Source: Cyanophora paradoxa CCMP329 (Eukaryota; Plantae; Glaucophyta). From it: DNA of 64,000 nucleotides. Location: assembly GCA_004431415.1 (NCBI GenBank), contig QPMI01000116.1, positions 186,001-250,000 of the forward strand. Reading direction: 5' to 3'. Shown piece by piece: positions 45,538 to 56,800 of the stretch. Below the pieces are notes generated by a model. That model did no database searches. It worked only from the letters and a program-made list of their open reading frames with translations, and had not been told where the DNA came from. Every line of letters begins with the position of its first letter. Within the stretch, counting starts at the first letter, position 1. The position numbers and the translations under genes are program-made.

Positions 45538-46718
45538 TACCCCGTCAATCCCTTCTTCTCCTTCGTTACCCCTCATCTCACGCCTCCAAATCATTCGCCC
45601 GAAAAACATCATTCTGCACAGCGTACATGTTTCGCCATTTAGAGTATTTTCCTGAACCGTGGCACTTCTTCCTTTGTCGTCTTCTTCTTCTCCTCCTTCA
45701 TTACCCCTCATTCCACGATGTCCATCTCACTCGGCACTTGTCGGTATCCATCATCGATATCGTAGTACGGAATGATTGCTCGGCCCTTCCCTTACTTTAC
45801 ATTTCCGAACGATTCGCTCTGCCTTGCAAAACCCTATATAGCTGCATGAACAGGACTCTACCGCTAATTTACCAAGCGCCGCTAATTTACCGCTAATGTA
45901 CTACAGATAAAGATACCAAAGCACCTCCGAGCTCTATGTTATACCATAACCCGTACGTAGACAGTTCAACCCAGTTCCGTCGCTAGCATAGTATGTCAGA
46001 CACCGCGCCCGTAGGGCACTCGTATATATGGCAGGCATTGGTAGCAGGTGTTACGTTTCGATCCAGGAGGACCAGTACCGGCTTCGGCCGCGGTGATTGG
46101 CTCGACGTTTGATTAGACTTCAAGGCTTCGAAATTGAAAACTCGACTTTTGATTAGACTTAGACTTTCTACGATCCCTCGCGATGTAAAATGTAAAACCA
46201 TGGACTTATGCATACAACGAATTCTGATCGAATGAATGGCTGATCGAATTCGGTCGACGTCGGCCGGCGCCTCGAGCTCCGCCCCGCGGGCGCGGCCATC
46301 CGACGTCGACGGTCCGGGGCAGTCACGTGCACCCTGCAGCTGGGCAAATGGCCATCGACCCTGCACAGTTCACCCCCACCCCCACCCCCCCCACCCCTCC
46401 CCCCCCCACTCCCCTCCCCCTGCTGCGCATGCCTGCGCTTACGTGTACTCCCTCTCGTGCTTGAGCTTGCACCGCAAAACCGCTAGCGCTTGCGCCGCTG
46501 ATCGCAGCCGAGCACGCCCCGCCGTCCAGACCGTGCTCTCTTGCCGCAGTGCTGCGCTCATGATCAGCACGCCGCCGACATCGAGCTTATACGTATACCG
46601 CAGAACCGCGTGCGCCGCTGCCCGCAGCCGATCGCGAGCACGCCGGCCGGGCCGGGCGCTCTTGTTGCGCTCGGCACTGGGCCGGGGTCGTTCTGCCGCG
46701 CGCATGTGCGTGCCACTA

Positions 46719-47062
46719 CCGTAAGACAGAATATTAGTTCGCGCATAATATTAGTTCGGTACCAAATTAGTGCGTTTTTTGCCGTGAAAACGCACTAATT
46801 TGAGACCGCACTAATTACAGGACGCTAAGAAAATGCTGTAGGGGTACAGCGTGTACCCCCCGCCTCCGCACTAATAAACGAATAAACGCACTAATTGAGA
46901 CCGAACTAATTATAATTACTATGGTCGGGGTCGATCCGCGGGTCTAAAAACGAACTAATATCTGTATACGCCCCCGCAGTGCTGGAGTAGACTAGAGGCT
47001 GTGGCCGGTAATTCACCAAAAAAAAACTAATATCGTGCGAATTAATATATTGTGTTTTACCG
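46719..47062. mobile_element. Non-autonomous DNA transposon (MITE), Tc1/mariner-pogo type
   Basis: TA on both sides (46717-18, 47063-64). Imperfect ~38 bp TIRs: CCGTAAGACAGAATATTAGTTCGCGCATAATATTAGTT vs reverse complement CGGTAAAACACAATATATTAATTCGCACGATATTAGTT. About 9 internal CG(A/C)ACTAAT motifs, inverted at the left end relative to the rest. No coding capacity. Confidence 0.8.
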
Positions 47063-47475
47063 TAGTACTAGTACGGTAGGACTCTTTCATTAGATCCCGG
47101 TTCGAATTCCCCCCTTGCAAGTTGCAACCCCGGCGCGAAAATCGCGGCCGGGCCACTAGTACTAGTAGCTATATAGTACCACGGTAGGCTACGTGGTAGT
47201 ACTAGTAGGTACTAGGTCGATCGGCGTTCTGCATCTGACATGATCTGACTCGAGACTCTGAGAGTCTTGACTCTTGACTCATCATTAAACCTATTAAACC
47301 TGAGGCTCGGGCCCCGGGGTACGTATCGCCGTAACGTCGGCGCGGCCGTGCACGTGGTTAAACTGCTCGAAGGGAGCGCAGAATGCCAAGCAGACCGTGG
47401 CACCCCCTTTCGCACGCGTCGCGCCCACGTGCACCCCGGAACCCCTGCTAAAGGCTAGGGCGCTTTCCGTTTGAC

Positions 47476-47640
47476 AAGGGCGCCCGGCGCGCATGCGCGG
47501 ACGGCTCCGCGGCAGCCCGCCCCGGCAGGCTGCCCCACACCTCGGGGCCCTTTTTTTCCCCAGCCGGTCGCTGGGCCCTTCCCCTATTTTACATTTCCAA
47601 ACGATTCGCTCATGATCAGTTTTTACAAATCCCTAAAACT
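47476..47640 (+). pseudogene. Decayed, internally deleted copy of the gene H 3' region
   Basis: AGGGCGCCCGGCGCGC..GACGGCTCCGCGGC..GCCCGCCCGGCAGG(G)CTGCCCCACACC matches 45089-45152. GGCCCTTCCC.TA.TTTACATTTCC.AACGATTCGCTC matches 45782-45819. Confidence 0.65.
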
Positions 47641-47674
47641 AGATAAACCCTTCTTACAAATTTAAAGAGGCCCG

Positions 47675-47756
47675 AGTGGCCTAAATACACATGCGACAAT
47701 TAATTGAAATACTATAGTGGCCTAAATACACATGCGACAATTAATTTAAATACTAT
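47675..47756. repeat. 41-bp tandem duplication downstream of the gene I stop
   Basis: AGTGGCCTAAATACACATGCGACAATTAATT(G/T)AAATACTAT twice, one mismatch. Confidence 0.95.
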
Positions 47757-47829
47757 AACTAACCGCACGGTTCAAGCCGTGGAAAGCTGCATCGAATAGC
47801 AGCGCAATAAGATACATTCGAGAATAAAT

Positions 47830-50800
47830 CTAAGCGAGGACGAGGGAGCTGGGGCGCCGGGCCTTCCGGGCGCCGCCTGCATCCCCGAAGGGCGCGTCGT
47901 CGTCGGATCCAGAGCCGTGTGCTTGGGCGTGTGCGTGTGCGTTGGTCGGCAGCTCGACGGACTTAGAGCGATGCGAGCGATGCGGCGGCGGCGGCGGCGT
48001 CCACGCGACGCGGGCCTGGGGCGGCAGGTCGACGTTCTCTGAAGCGCGCTCGCCGTCCGACGCGAGGACCTCGACGTGAGTCACGGCGTCCGCCTCGAGG
48101 TGGATGTTGAGGGCCAGCGACGCGGAGCGGCCGCGCGACGCCGTCGCCTGCATCGCGTGCTCTCGCGCGCTTCGGTGCCGACGCACGACGTAGAGCGCGG
48201 CGCCGATGGCAAGCAGGCCGACGGCCGCGCAGGCGGCGACGGCAGCAATGGCGGGAGCCGAGACGGGCTGACCGGTGGCCGGAGCGGGGGTGAGTGCGGG
48301 GCTCGCCGGAGCGGCGGCCTGCGAGCTCGAGCCCAGAGTCGCCTTGGCGTTCACGTGGGTTACGGTCGACGAGTCGGCCGCGACATAGGACGTCAACGTG
48401 ACGGCCTGGCCGAGGAAGGAGCTGCCGCCGGACGGCGGGCTGCCGACGGCGACGGCGAGGGTCCGCGCGAGCGAGGCGGCGGGCGCCGGCGCGCCGTCGA
48501 CGGGGCCGAACGCGAAGGCAGCCACGACGCTGCCCGGAGCGAAGGCGACGTCCTTGAGCGACGCGCGGACGGCAGCCGCGTCGAAGTTCTGTGCCACCGC
48601 GACGGCGGCGATGCCGTCGTCGGCGGCGCGGTCCCGGAGCGCCGCGAGCTCGCTGGCGGCGAGGCCGCCGACAAAGGCCGCAAAGTCAGCGTCCATAGTC
48701 ACGAGGGCGAGGGCCGAGCCGTCGGCGATGCCCGCGACGGCGGCGGCGGCGGGCGCCGCCGGGCAGCGCGGGAAGGCCGGCGTCCCGGCGACGCCCAGGA
48801 CGATGACGCCGCCGCCGCCGAGCGCGTTGCCGTCGCACACGGCGTGCTGCTGCACAGACGCGGCGAAGGCCATTCCGGTGACAGCGACGCCGTCGTACAG
48901 GGCGACGCGGCCGTCCAGCGTCGTGCCCGTCACGGCCGAAAGCGGCGAGCCAGGGATGGCGGCGTCGGCCGGGTGCAGCGCCGCCCGCGCGGCGTCGAGC
49001 GCGGCGCGCAGCGCCGCAGACGAGGCGCCCGCGAATCCGACGCTGTAGACGGCGGCAGGGTAGGGCACGGGCTGCGAGATCGCGAGGGCGACGACGGGCC
49101 GGCCGTAGAGGGCGCTCCACGGCGCGGCGAGCGCCGCCGCGAACGCGCGGGCGAAGGTGTGCGACGGGACGACGGCGGCGGACGTCGACGCCTCGTGGGC
49201 GAACGTGACGGCAAGGCTGCCGTTGGAGACTGCGCCGGAGACCATCGCGACCAGGCCCGAGTACGAGAGCGACGAGAAGGCCGACGCCGTTGTGGACATG
49301 ATCGCGCGGATCTCGGACGCCAGCTCCGTCGAGACGACGTCGGCCGCCGACAGCGCGGCGCCGGCGAGCTTGACGGAGACGGTCGACTGGCCGTAGGCAA
49401 GGCCCGTCGCGGGCACGCTGGTGACGGGAAGCGGCGGGACGGAGAGCTCCCACGTGAACGTCGCCAGCGACCGCGCGTATGCGTCCAGGGGCCGGGACGG
49501 GACCTGCGGGTTCGGCTTACTTCGCCGCGAAAAAGCAGCGAAACCCTATTTGAAGGACGCCGTACCTTCAGGCCGACGCGGTAAGAAACAGGCCACAGGC
49601 TGGCGACAAACGCGGGCGCCGGCGGAACGGCGCAGAGCGCCCGGGTCGAGTTCACGATTGTGGCGGGCGTCTGCATAACCGCCGCGGCGCTGGCGGCGGC
49701 GGTGGCGCCCAGCGGCTCGAAGCGGCACGCGACGCCGGCCCACTCCTGCTCGAATCCGGCGACAGGTTCGGGGAACCCCTCGCCGATGATCGATATCGTG
49801 GGCGGCGCGACCGAGAAGCCAGGCTCGCGGGTGTAGACGACCGCCGACGACGGCGGCAGCGCTGCAAACGCTTGCACGCATTTGTTGAGCTCGGGCGTCG
49901 CAGGGACGGTCGGCGCGACCGCCAGCGCGGTCACAGCCGCCCCCTCGAGCGGCGACCCTGCGCCGCGCGTCAGTCAGTCGTGATTGCACTCGTCTGACAG
50001 ACAGCCGTGGACGGCCTCACCGCGGCAGACGTAGAGGTCGAGGATGTGCTGCGCCATCGCCGTCGCCGTGAGCGCGTCATAGTCGAGCAGACGCAGCGTA
50101 ACGGCGATCGCGGCCGTCGACAGGTGGCGCAGGAACACTGTGTTGCGGCTGACGGCGAACTCGGCGAACTGCGCACAGAGCGCAGCGCGGAGCGCCGTCT
50201 CGATGGCGGAGGCCGCGGGTGGCGCCCCGCCGAACGTGAGGACGACGTCGAGAGGCACGGTGTCGGAGATGGTGATCGTCGAGATGGTGAAGCCGAGGAT
50301 CTTCGGGACGCTGGCCCTGGTCTGCAGCAGCTGGCTCGCGACGTACGAGGCCGGGATGCGGGACGGCCGGGTCACAATTGGCCCAAGCGTGAACATGAGG
50401 ACGGTGCCCGTCGTGCCCAGCGCGAACTCGGAGTCGCGAATGGACTCCTCCGCGATGTGCTTCGAGACGCCCGAGCGCGCCGTCGCGACGCGCTCCACGG
50501 CTTCCGACAGCGCCTGGGTCCGCATGCTCTGCCGCTCCTCGGCGCTCTTGCTCCCGAAGCTCTTCCTGAAATCTGTGGAAAGCGCGACGTGCACGAAGGT
50601 GCGCCCGTACGGCATCCCCTTGAGGCGCAGCAGCGGGTTGGTGCCCGCCGTCGCGCACTCCTTCAGCGCGGGCGCCTTCGCCGGCGTGTCGACGGTTGAC
50701 GAGTTGATCATCACGAACGCCATGTCGACAATGTTGCCTGCGCACCAATCGCGTCAGAAAGCTCATCGATATCCGCTAGCGCTAGCGCGCTGCGGTGATG

Positions 50801-53800
50801 ATATATATGGGCGCACCGTCGCAGAGAGCGTAGTCGCGAAGCGCCTGCGCGAAGGCGTGCGCCGTCGTCTGGAGCGTGTCGTACACTTCGACGCGGACGT
50901 CGTCGGCCATCGCGCTGCCGACGACCTGCGAGAGCCGTCAGTCCAAAACTTGAGACGGAGACGGAGACGCGAGCCGACGCACCGAGACGGAGGGGTACGT
51001 CGGCTCCGGGAGGGCCCCCCCCGGGAAGAGGACCTCCTCGCGGGCGTTGACGAGCGAGCGCGTGAGGCGGGCCTCTGGCGTCTCGCCCTCCAGGTCCTCG
51101 GTCGCAATGAAGGAGACCAGCTTGATGGAAATCGGGTACGAGACGGGGCTGGCGAGGCCGACGGCAAGGACCTCGGCGCCGCCAAAGCGGGCCCACGGCC
51201 TGGCAAGCTCGGCGGCGACTGCCCACGCGACGGCGCGCGCAGGAATGATGCTTGCCTGCGGCACGAGCGCGTGCTGGAAGTTGATGGTCAGGAGCGTCTC
51301 GCCGGGGGTCGATCCGGTCGCCGAGGACGAGACGGAAATCATGGAGGCGAGGAGTGTCGGCGTAAGGCTGGGGTTGCTGGCGACGACGGGCGACAGCGAG
51401 AGCCGCAGGATGGCGGAGGCGAGGCCCGAGGCGGTCACATCGACGTTCGCCCTTTGCGCCGCGAGCAGCACTCGGATCGACGTCTGCCCGTAGCGGGCGG
51501 TCGAGCTCGCCGGCGCGAAAGTCGAGACGACGCGACCAGGCGCGACAACGGCCCACGTGAAGGTCTTTGCGTTGGGCGCCGTCAGGGCCGGCAGCGCCAG
51601 CGTGGCGGAGACGACGTCCGCGCGGTACGTCACGTTCCACAGCTGCGGCAGGAACCGCGGGTGCGCCGGAGCAGAGCACTGCAGCTGCGAGACGCTGACG
51701 ACGGTGGCGGCCGTCTCCACCGTTGCAGCGTCGGCGTTTCCAAGATCACGGAAGGCGCAACGGAGGTTGGCGGTAGCGTCCAACGCGAGATTGGCGACAG
51801 TCACCGTGAGGATCGGAGGCGTGACAGTGAAGTTGTCCGGCGGGTGGTAGGCTACGGTGTAAATTGACGGGGCGACGGAAACGACGGACGGCTCGTCGCT
51901 GTCCGTCGGCACGGGATCGACGATGGCGCCGGAAGGGGTCACCAGCTTCAGCGTGTCGGAGTTGATGTTGACGGTGAGGCTGCTGCCCTCCGCGACGAGG
52001 CTGGTGGCGAGATTGTTCGAGAAGACTGTGATGCACGCATCGCAGCTGATCTGCTGCAGGAAGGACTGCGCGACGGCACCCGCGGGAACTGTGGAAGAAG
52101 CCGCAAAGACGTAGGTGACCTGCGAACGTATTAGCGACGACGTCGGATGACTGCGGCGATCGACGCGACGGACCTTGGTGCTCGACGCCTGGAGCGTGCG
52201 GCGCACGGTTGCGCACTCGACGGTGACGGCCGACGTGTCGACGCCCGCAGTGCTGGCGGCAGCGGCGACAAGAGCAGCCCGGGTCGCGGGGTCCTGGCAC
52301 TCGGCGAGAGAAAGCGGCAGGACGACCGACACGGAGGCGGGCTGGCTCGCGCAGGTCGGCGCCGGTGGTGCCGTCGTCGGGAAGTCTGTGGCGTCCGGCC
52401 GCACGAACGAGCCTGAGACCGCCTTAAGGTAGAACCTCGTCTGGACTGAAAGGCTTGCCGTCGCCACCTTCACACGGAAACCATTATTACGAGATTTCAT
52501 CGAGCAAGCGAAGCAAACCCACCGAGTCGAAGAACGACGCCGGGCTGACGACTGTGCGGGAGAAGACGCGAGTTGCCGCGCCCGATGCGCCCTTGCTCAT
52601 GTTGTAACCCAAGACGCTCGATGCCACCACAGAGGCTGCCGAAAGCGCGAAATGAGATGAATGGAGATTCAAGAAGAAAAGGCTCGCGCACCGTTGCTGA
52701 CGGTGAGCGTGGCCTGGGCTGATGCAGCGAGCGGTTCGGTCGAGGCGGCCGTCCACAGCAGAGTGGCCAACGAGGGCGGCAGGCAGCCGGCGTCGGACGA
52801 GCCGGAGAGGACGGCGTACGAGGCAAAGGTGCCCGGGACGGCGGTGAGCGGCCCCGAGATCGTCGTGTCGCTGTCAACGTCAGCAAGCGGTCAGCTGCAG
52901 CCGCCGATAACGAGCTCGAGCGCGGAAAGGCCACCGTACCGAATTGCGGTACCGTCCGCCGTGCGGAACGTGAGCGAGATAGTCACACCAGACTGCAGGG
53001 CGCCGTCGGACTGCGTAATGCCTGCAAAAAGCGTTCAGAAGGACGTTGAGACTTAAATTAAAGCTGCAGCTCATAAATACACCCACCAGAGAGGCCGTCG
53101 ACGGTCTCGACGAGGACATTCGCCGTCGAGGACGACGGCGTCTTGGTGACAGTGGCGCCCAGTCCGTTTGTGATGGCGTAGCTGACGACCTGTAGCCCGC
53201 TGTGGAGGCCGAAGAGGCGGACAGTCGTCGCGCCGGGCGCGCGTTCGACGAGCTTTGCGATGACCATTCCCTCTCTGCAGCATTGCACGGTGAGACCTAA
53301 CTACGGGTACTGCGGGCGGGCGGACGCCACGCGCACCCAGCGAACTGTGTGGGATCGGAGACCTTGAGGACAGCGTGCGCGTCGAAGACAGTTGCAGGCG
53401 AGGAGATTGGCAGCACGCTCGGCGACGGGCTCGGCGACGGGCTTGGGCTCGGCGTCTCCGCCGGCGAAGGGCTGGGCGACGGGCTTGGGCTCGGCGTCTC
53501 CGTCGGCGAAGGGCTGGGCGACGGGCTTGGGCTCGGCGTCTCCGTCGGCGAGGGGCTGGGCGACGGGCTGGGCGAGGGGCTCGGGCTCGGCGTCTCCGTC
53601 GGCGAGGGGCTCGGCGACGGGCTCGGGCTCGGCGTCTCCGTCGGCGAGGGGCTCGGCGACGGGCTCGGGCTCGGCGTCTCCGTCGGCGAAGGGCTGAGCG
53701 ACGGGCTCGGGCTCGGCGTCTCCGTCGGCGAAGGGCTGGGCGACGGGCTCGGGTTCGGCGTCTCCGTCGGCGAAGGACTGGGCGACGGGCTCGGGCTCGG

Positions 53801-56800
53801 CGTCTCCGTCGGCGACGGGCTCGGCGACGGGCTTGGGCTCGGCGTCTCTGTCGGCAACGGGCTCGGCGACGGGCTTGGGCTCAGCGTCTCCGTCGGCGAG
53901 GGGCTGGGCGACGGGCTCGGGCTCGGCGTCTCCGTCGGCGAGGGGCTGGGCGAGTGGCTCGGGCTCGACGTCTCCGTCGGCGAGGGGCTCGGCGACGGGC
54001 TCGGGCTCGGCGTCTCCGTCGGCGAGGGGCTCGGCGACGGGCTCGGCGACGGGCTTGGGCTTGGCGTCTCCGTCGGCGAGGGGCTGGGCGACGGGCTCGG
54101 GCTCGGCGTCTCCGTCGGCGAGGGGCTGGGCGACGGGCTCGGGCTCGGCGTCTCCGTCGGCGAGGGGCTGGGCGACGGGCTCGGGCTCGGCGTCTCCGTC
54201 GGCGAGGGGCTCGGCGACGGGCTGGGCGACGGGCTCGGGCTCGGCGTCTCCGTCGGCGAGGGGCTGGGCGACGGGCTCGGGCTCGGCGTCTCCGTCGGCG
54301 AGGGGCTGGGCGACGGGCTCGGGCTCGGCGTCTCCGTCGGCGAGGGGCTCGGCGACGGGCTCGGCGACGGGCTTGGGCTTGGCGTCTCCGTCGGCGAGGG
54401 GCTGGGCGACGGGCTCGGGCTCGGCGTCTCCGTCGGCGAGGGGCTCGGCGACGGGCTCGGGCTCGGCGTCTCCGTCGGCGAGGGGTTGGGCGACGGGCTC
54501 GGGCTCGGCGTCTCCGTCGGCGAGGGGCTGGGCGACGGGCTCGGGCTCGGCGTCTCCGTCGGCGAGGGGCTCGGCGACGGGCTCGGCGACGGGCTTGGGC
54601 TTGGCGTTTCCGTCGGCGAGGGGCTGGGCGACGGGCTCGGGCTTGGTGTCGGAGGCGTAGACACAATGAAGCGCTGTACCGCGGTCAGAGCAGTTCCGCC
54701 TATCACCACGCTGAAGCTGTAATCGCCAGAAGCCAGATTTGTGGTGGTGAGGTTGAAGGTCGCCGCTCCACCGACTGTTGTTACTTCGCTAGTCTGCAAC
54801 GACTCTTCACCACGCTTGATGACGAAGCCGACCGTTGTGCCATCTTGCACAGCGTTGTTAAATGTATCCCTGCGTGAGAACACAGAGCGTTATAATTAGA
54901 GCTACTTCAGTATTATTGAGGAAAGCAGGTGCTCACCGGACAACGACAGTCGCACTGCAAGTTTGAGACGCGCCCAAAACTTGATCCGCGCATCCATCGA
55001 AGGTGACTTCGCTCTTCGTAGCATTAGCCGCAGCCGGCACGACGGAGAACGCCAGCGGGCTCTTGTCCACGTCCGAGCTCCCGAGCTTCGCCGTAAGCTC
55101 GTACGAGCCGGCGTCGCTGAGGTTCGGCAGCGTTGCGGATGCCGCGCCGGACGAGCTCGTCACGGTCTGCATCCATGTGGCGGAGGCGGCGCCGGATTTG
55201 GTGATCGCAAAGACAACCGATGCGCCGTCGACGGCGTTGCCGAAGCGGTCGCGGACGGTAACCGTCGCGATGCCGACCTGCGCGCCAGCGACGACCTGTG
55301 CGGGCGCCGGGTCGACGGCCAGCGCCGACTCCGTCGAGTCTGGGGTGGACGGGGTGACAGTAATGCTGAGCGGGTCAAATCCTTGCGCGAGGGAAAGCTG
55401 GAATTCGCCCGCGAGTTCGCTTGCAATGGCGAACCCGTAGCGGCCCGCGCCTAGCGAGACGGGCCCCCACGCAGTAGTCGCGGTCGTCGGAGGAGCGAGC
55501 GCCCATGCGAAATGGCTGTTTGCATCAAACCGGACGTTGCCAAGCCTGCAAAGGGGAGCGTCATACTGAGTCCAGTGCGTAAAGGCGTGCGGCGCACCCA
55601 TCATAGGCAACGAACGTCAAGCAGACGCGGCCTGAGCCGGCCTCTATGGACGGGTGGAACTGAGGATTCGCCGCTCGTTCCTCGAGGATGGTGTTGCCAA
55701 GAGACTGGGCGGCTGCGAGCGAAAGTATAAGCTTTGGCTTGCGCAAGACGGCTGTAAGCAGACCGGCGGAGACGGTGAAAGGTGCGATCGTGGGCACGGG
55801 CGCCCCGTTGACGTCGACCTCGAGGCGGTACGCCGTTGCGACGTTGAGCGTGAAGGCCGCGGTGGACGAGGTGCCATCTGCACTAGCGGACATCTGGACC
55901 GTCGTTTCAAGCGATTCCGATGACGACGCGGATACGGTGAACGACGGGAAGGAGCATGAATCAAGAGCACGAGTGGAAGACTGGTTTGCCACCACCGATC
56001 CGACCGCTGACTTGTATAGGCGCACACTAACTGTCAGGCCCCCCGTCGACGCTACAATAACGTTGTCAAATTGGTCGCTGCGGTCTAGTCAGAACCTGCT
56101 TCGAAAGCTAAATCTGACAGAGCTTTCGCACCGCACGACCGCTGTCACAGTGCAATCGTCGCCAGCAAGCATCCCGGAGCAACCGCTGAGCGTGACAACT
56201 GTCTTGGACGCATCAACCGCAGCCGGCACGACGGAGAACGCCAGCGGGCTCTTGTCCACGTCCGAGCTCCCGAGCTTCGCCGTCAGCTCGTACGAGCCGG
56301 CGTCGCTAAGGCTCGGCAGCGTTGCGGATGCCGCGCCGGACGAGCTCGTCACGGTCTGCATCCATGTGGCGGAGGCGGCGCCGGATTTGGTGATCGCAAA
56401 GACAACCGATGCGCCGTCGACGGCGTTGCCGAAGCGGTCGCGGACGGTAACCGTCGCGATGCCGACCTGCGCGCCAGCGACGACCTGTGTGTGCGCCGGG
56501 TCGACGGCCAGCGCAGACGCCGCCGAATCCGCCGTCGATGGCGCAATAGAGAATGCCTTTGAGCTGCCGCTGATGTGCTCGCCGGCAACGGTCGCCGAAG
56601 CGACATACGCTCCAGCCTTTGTGAAGCCCGTTGGAAGGTTGACCGAGACAGTGCCGCTGGAGGACGTCTCCTTTGACGACGTCCACGGCGCAAGGGCGTC
56701 AGGTCCAGTGACTGCGAAGGTGACGGACTGCCCAGCAATGATGTTGCCAAAGCGGTCGCGGATCGTGGCCGAAGCGACGCCAATGGGCGCGCCCGCCTCA

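Noticed and set aside
53415-54650. CRISPR-like array
   Set aside because: Head-to-tail repeats with no unique spacers, in coding frame, eukaryotic context, no cas genes.
53349-54877. Plus-strand GLGDGLG and RRARARR repeat proteins
   Set aside because: Alternative frames of the PSPSPTET minisatellite. The minus frame is continuous with the flanking gene I domains.
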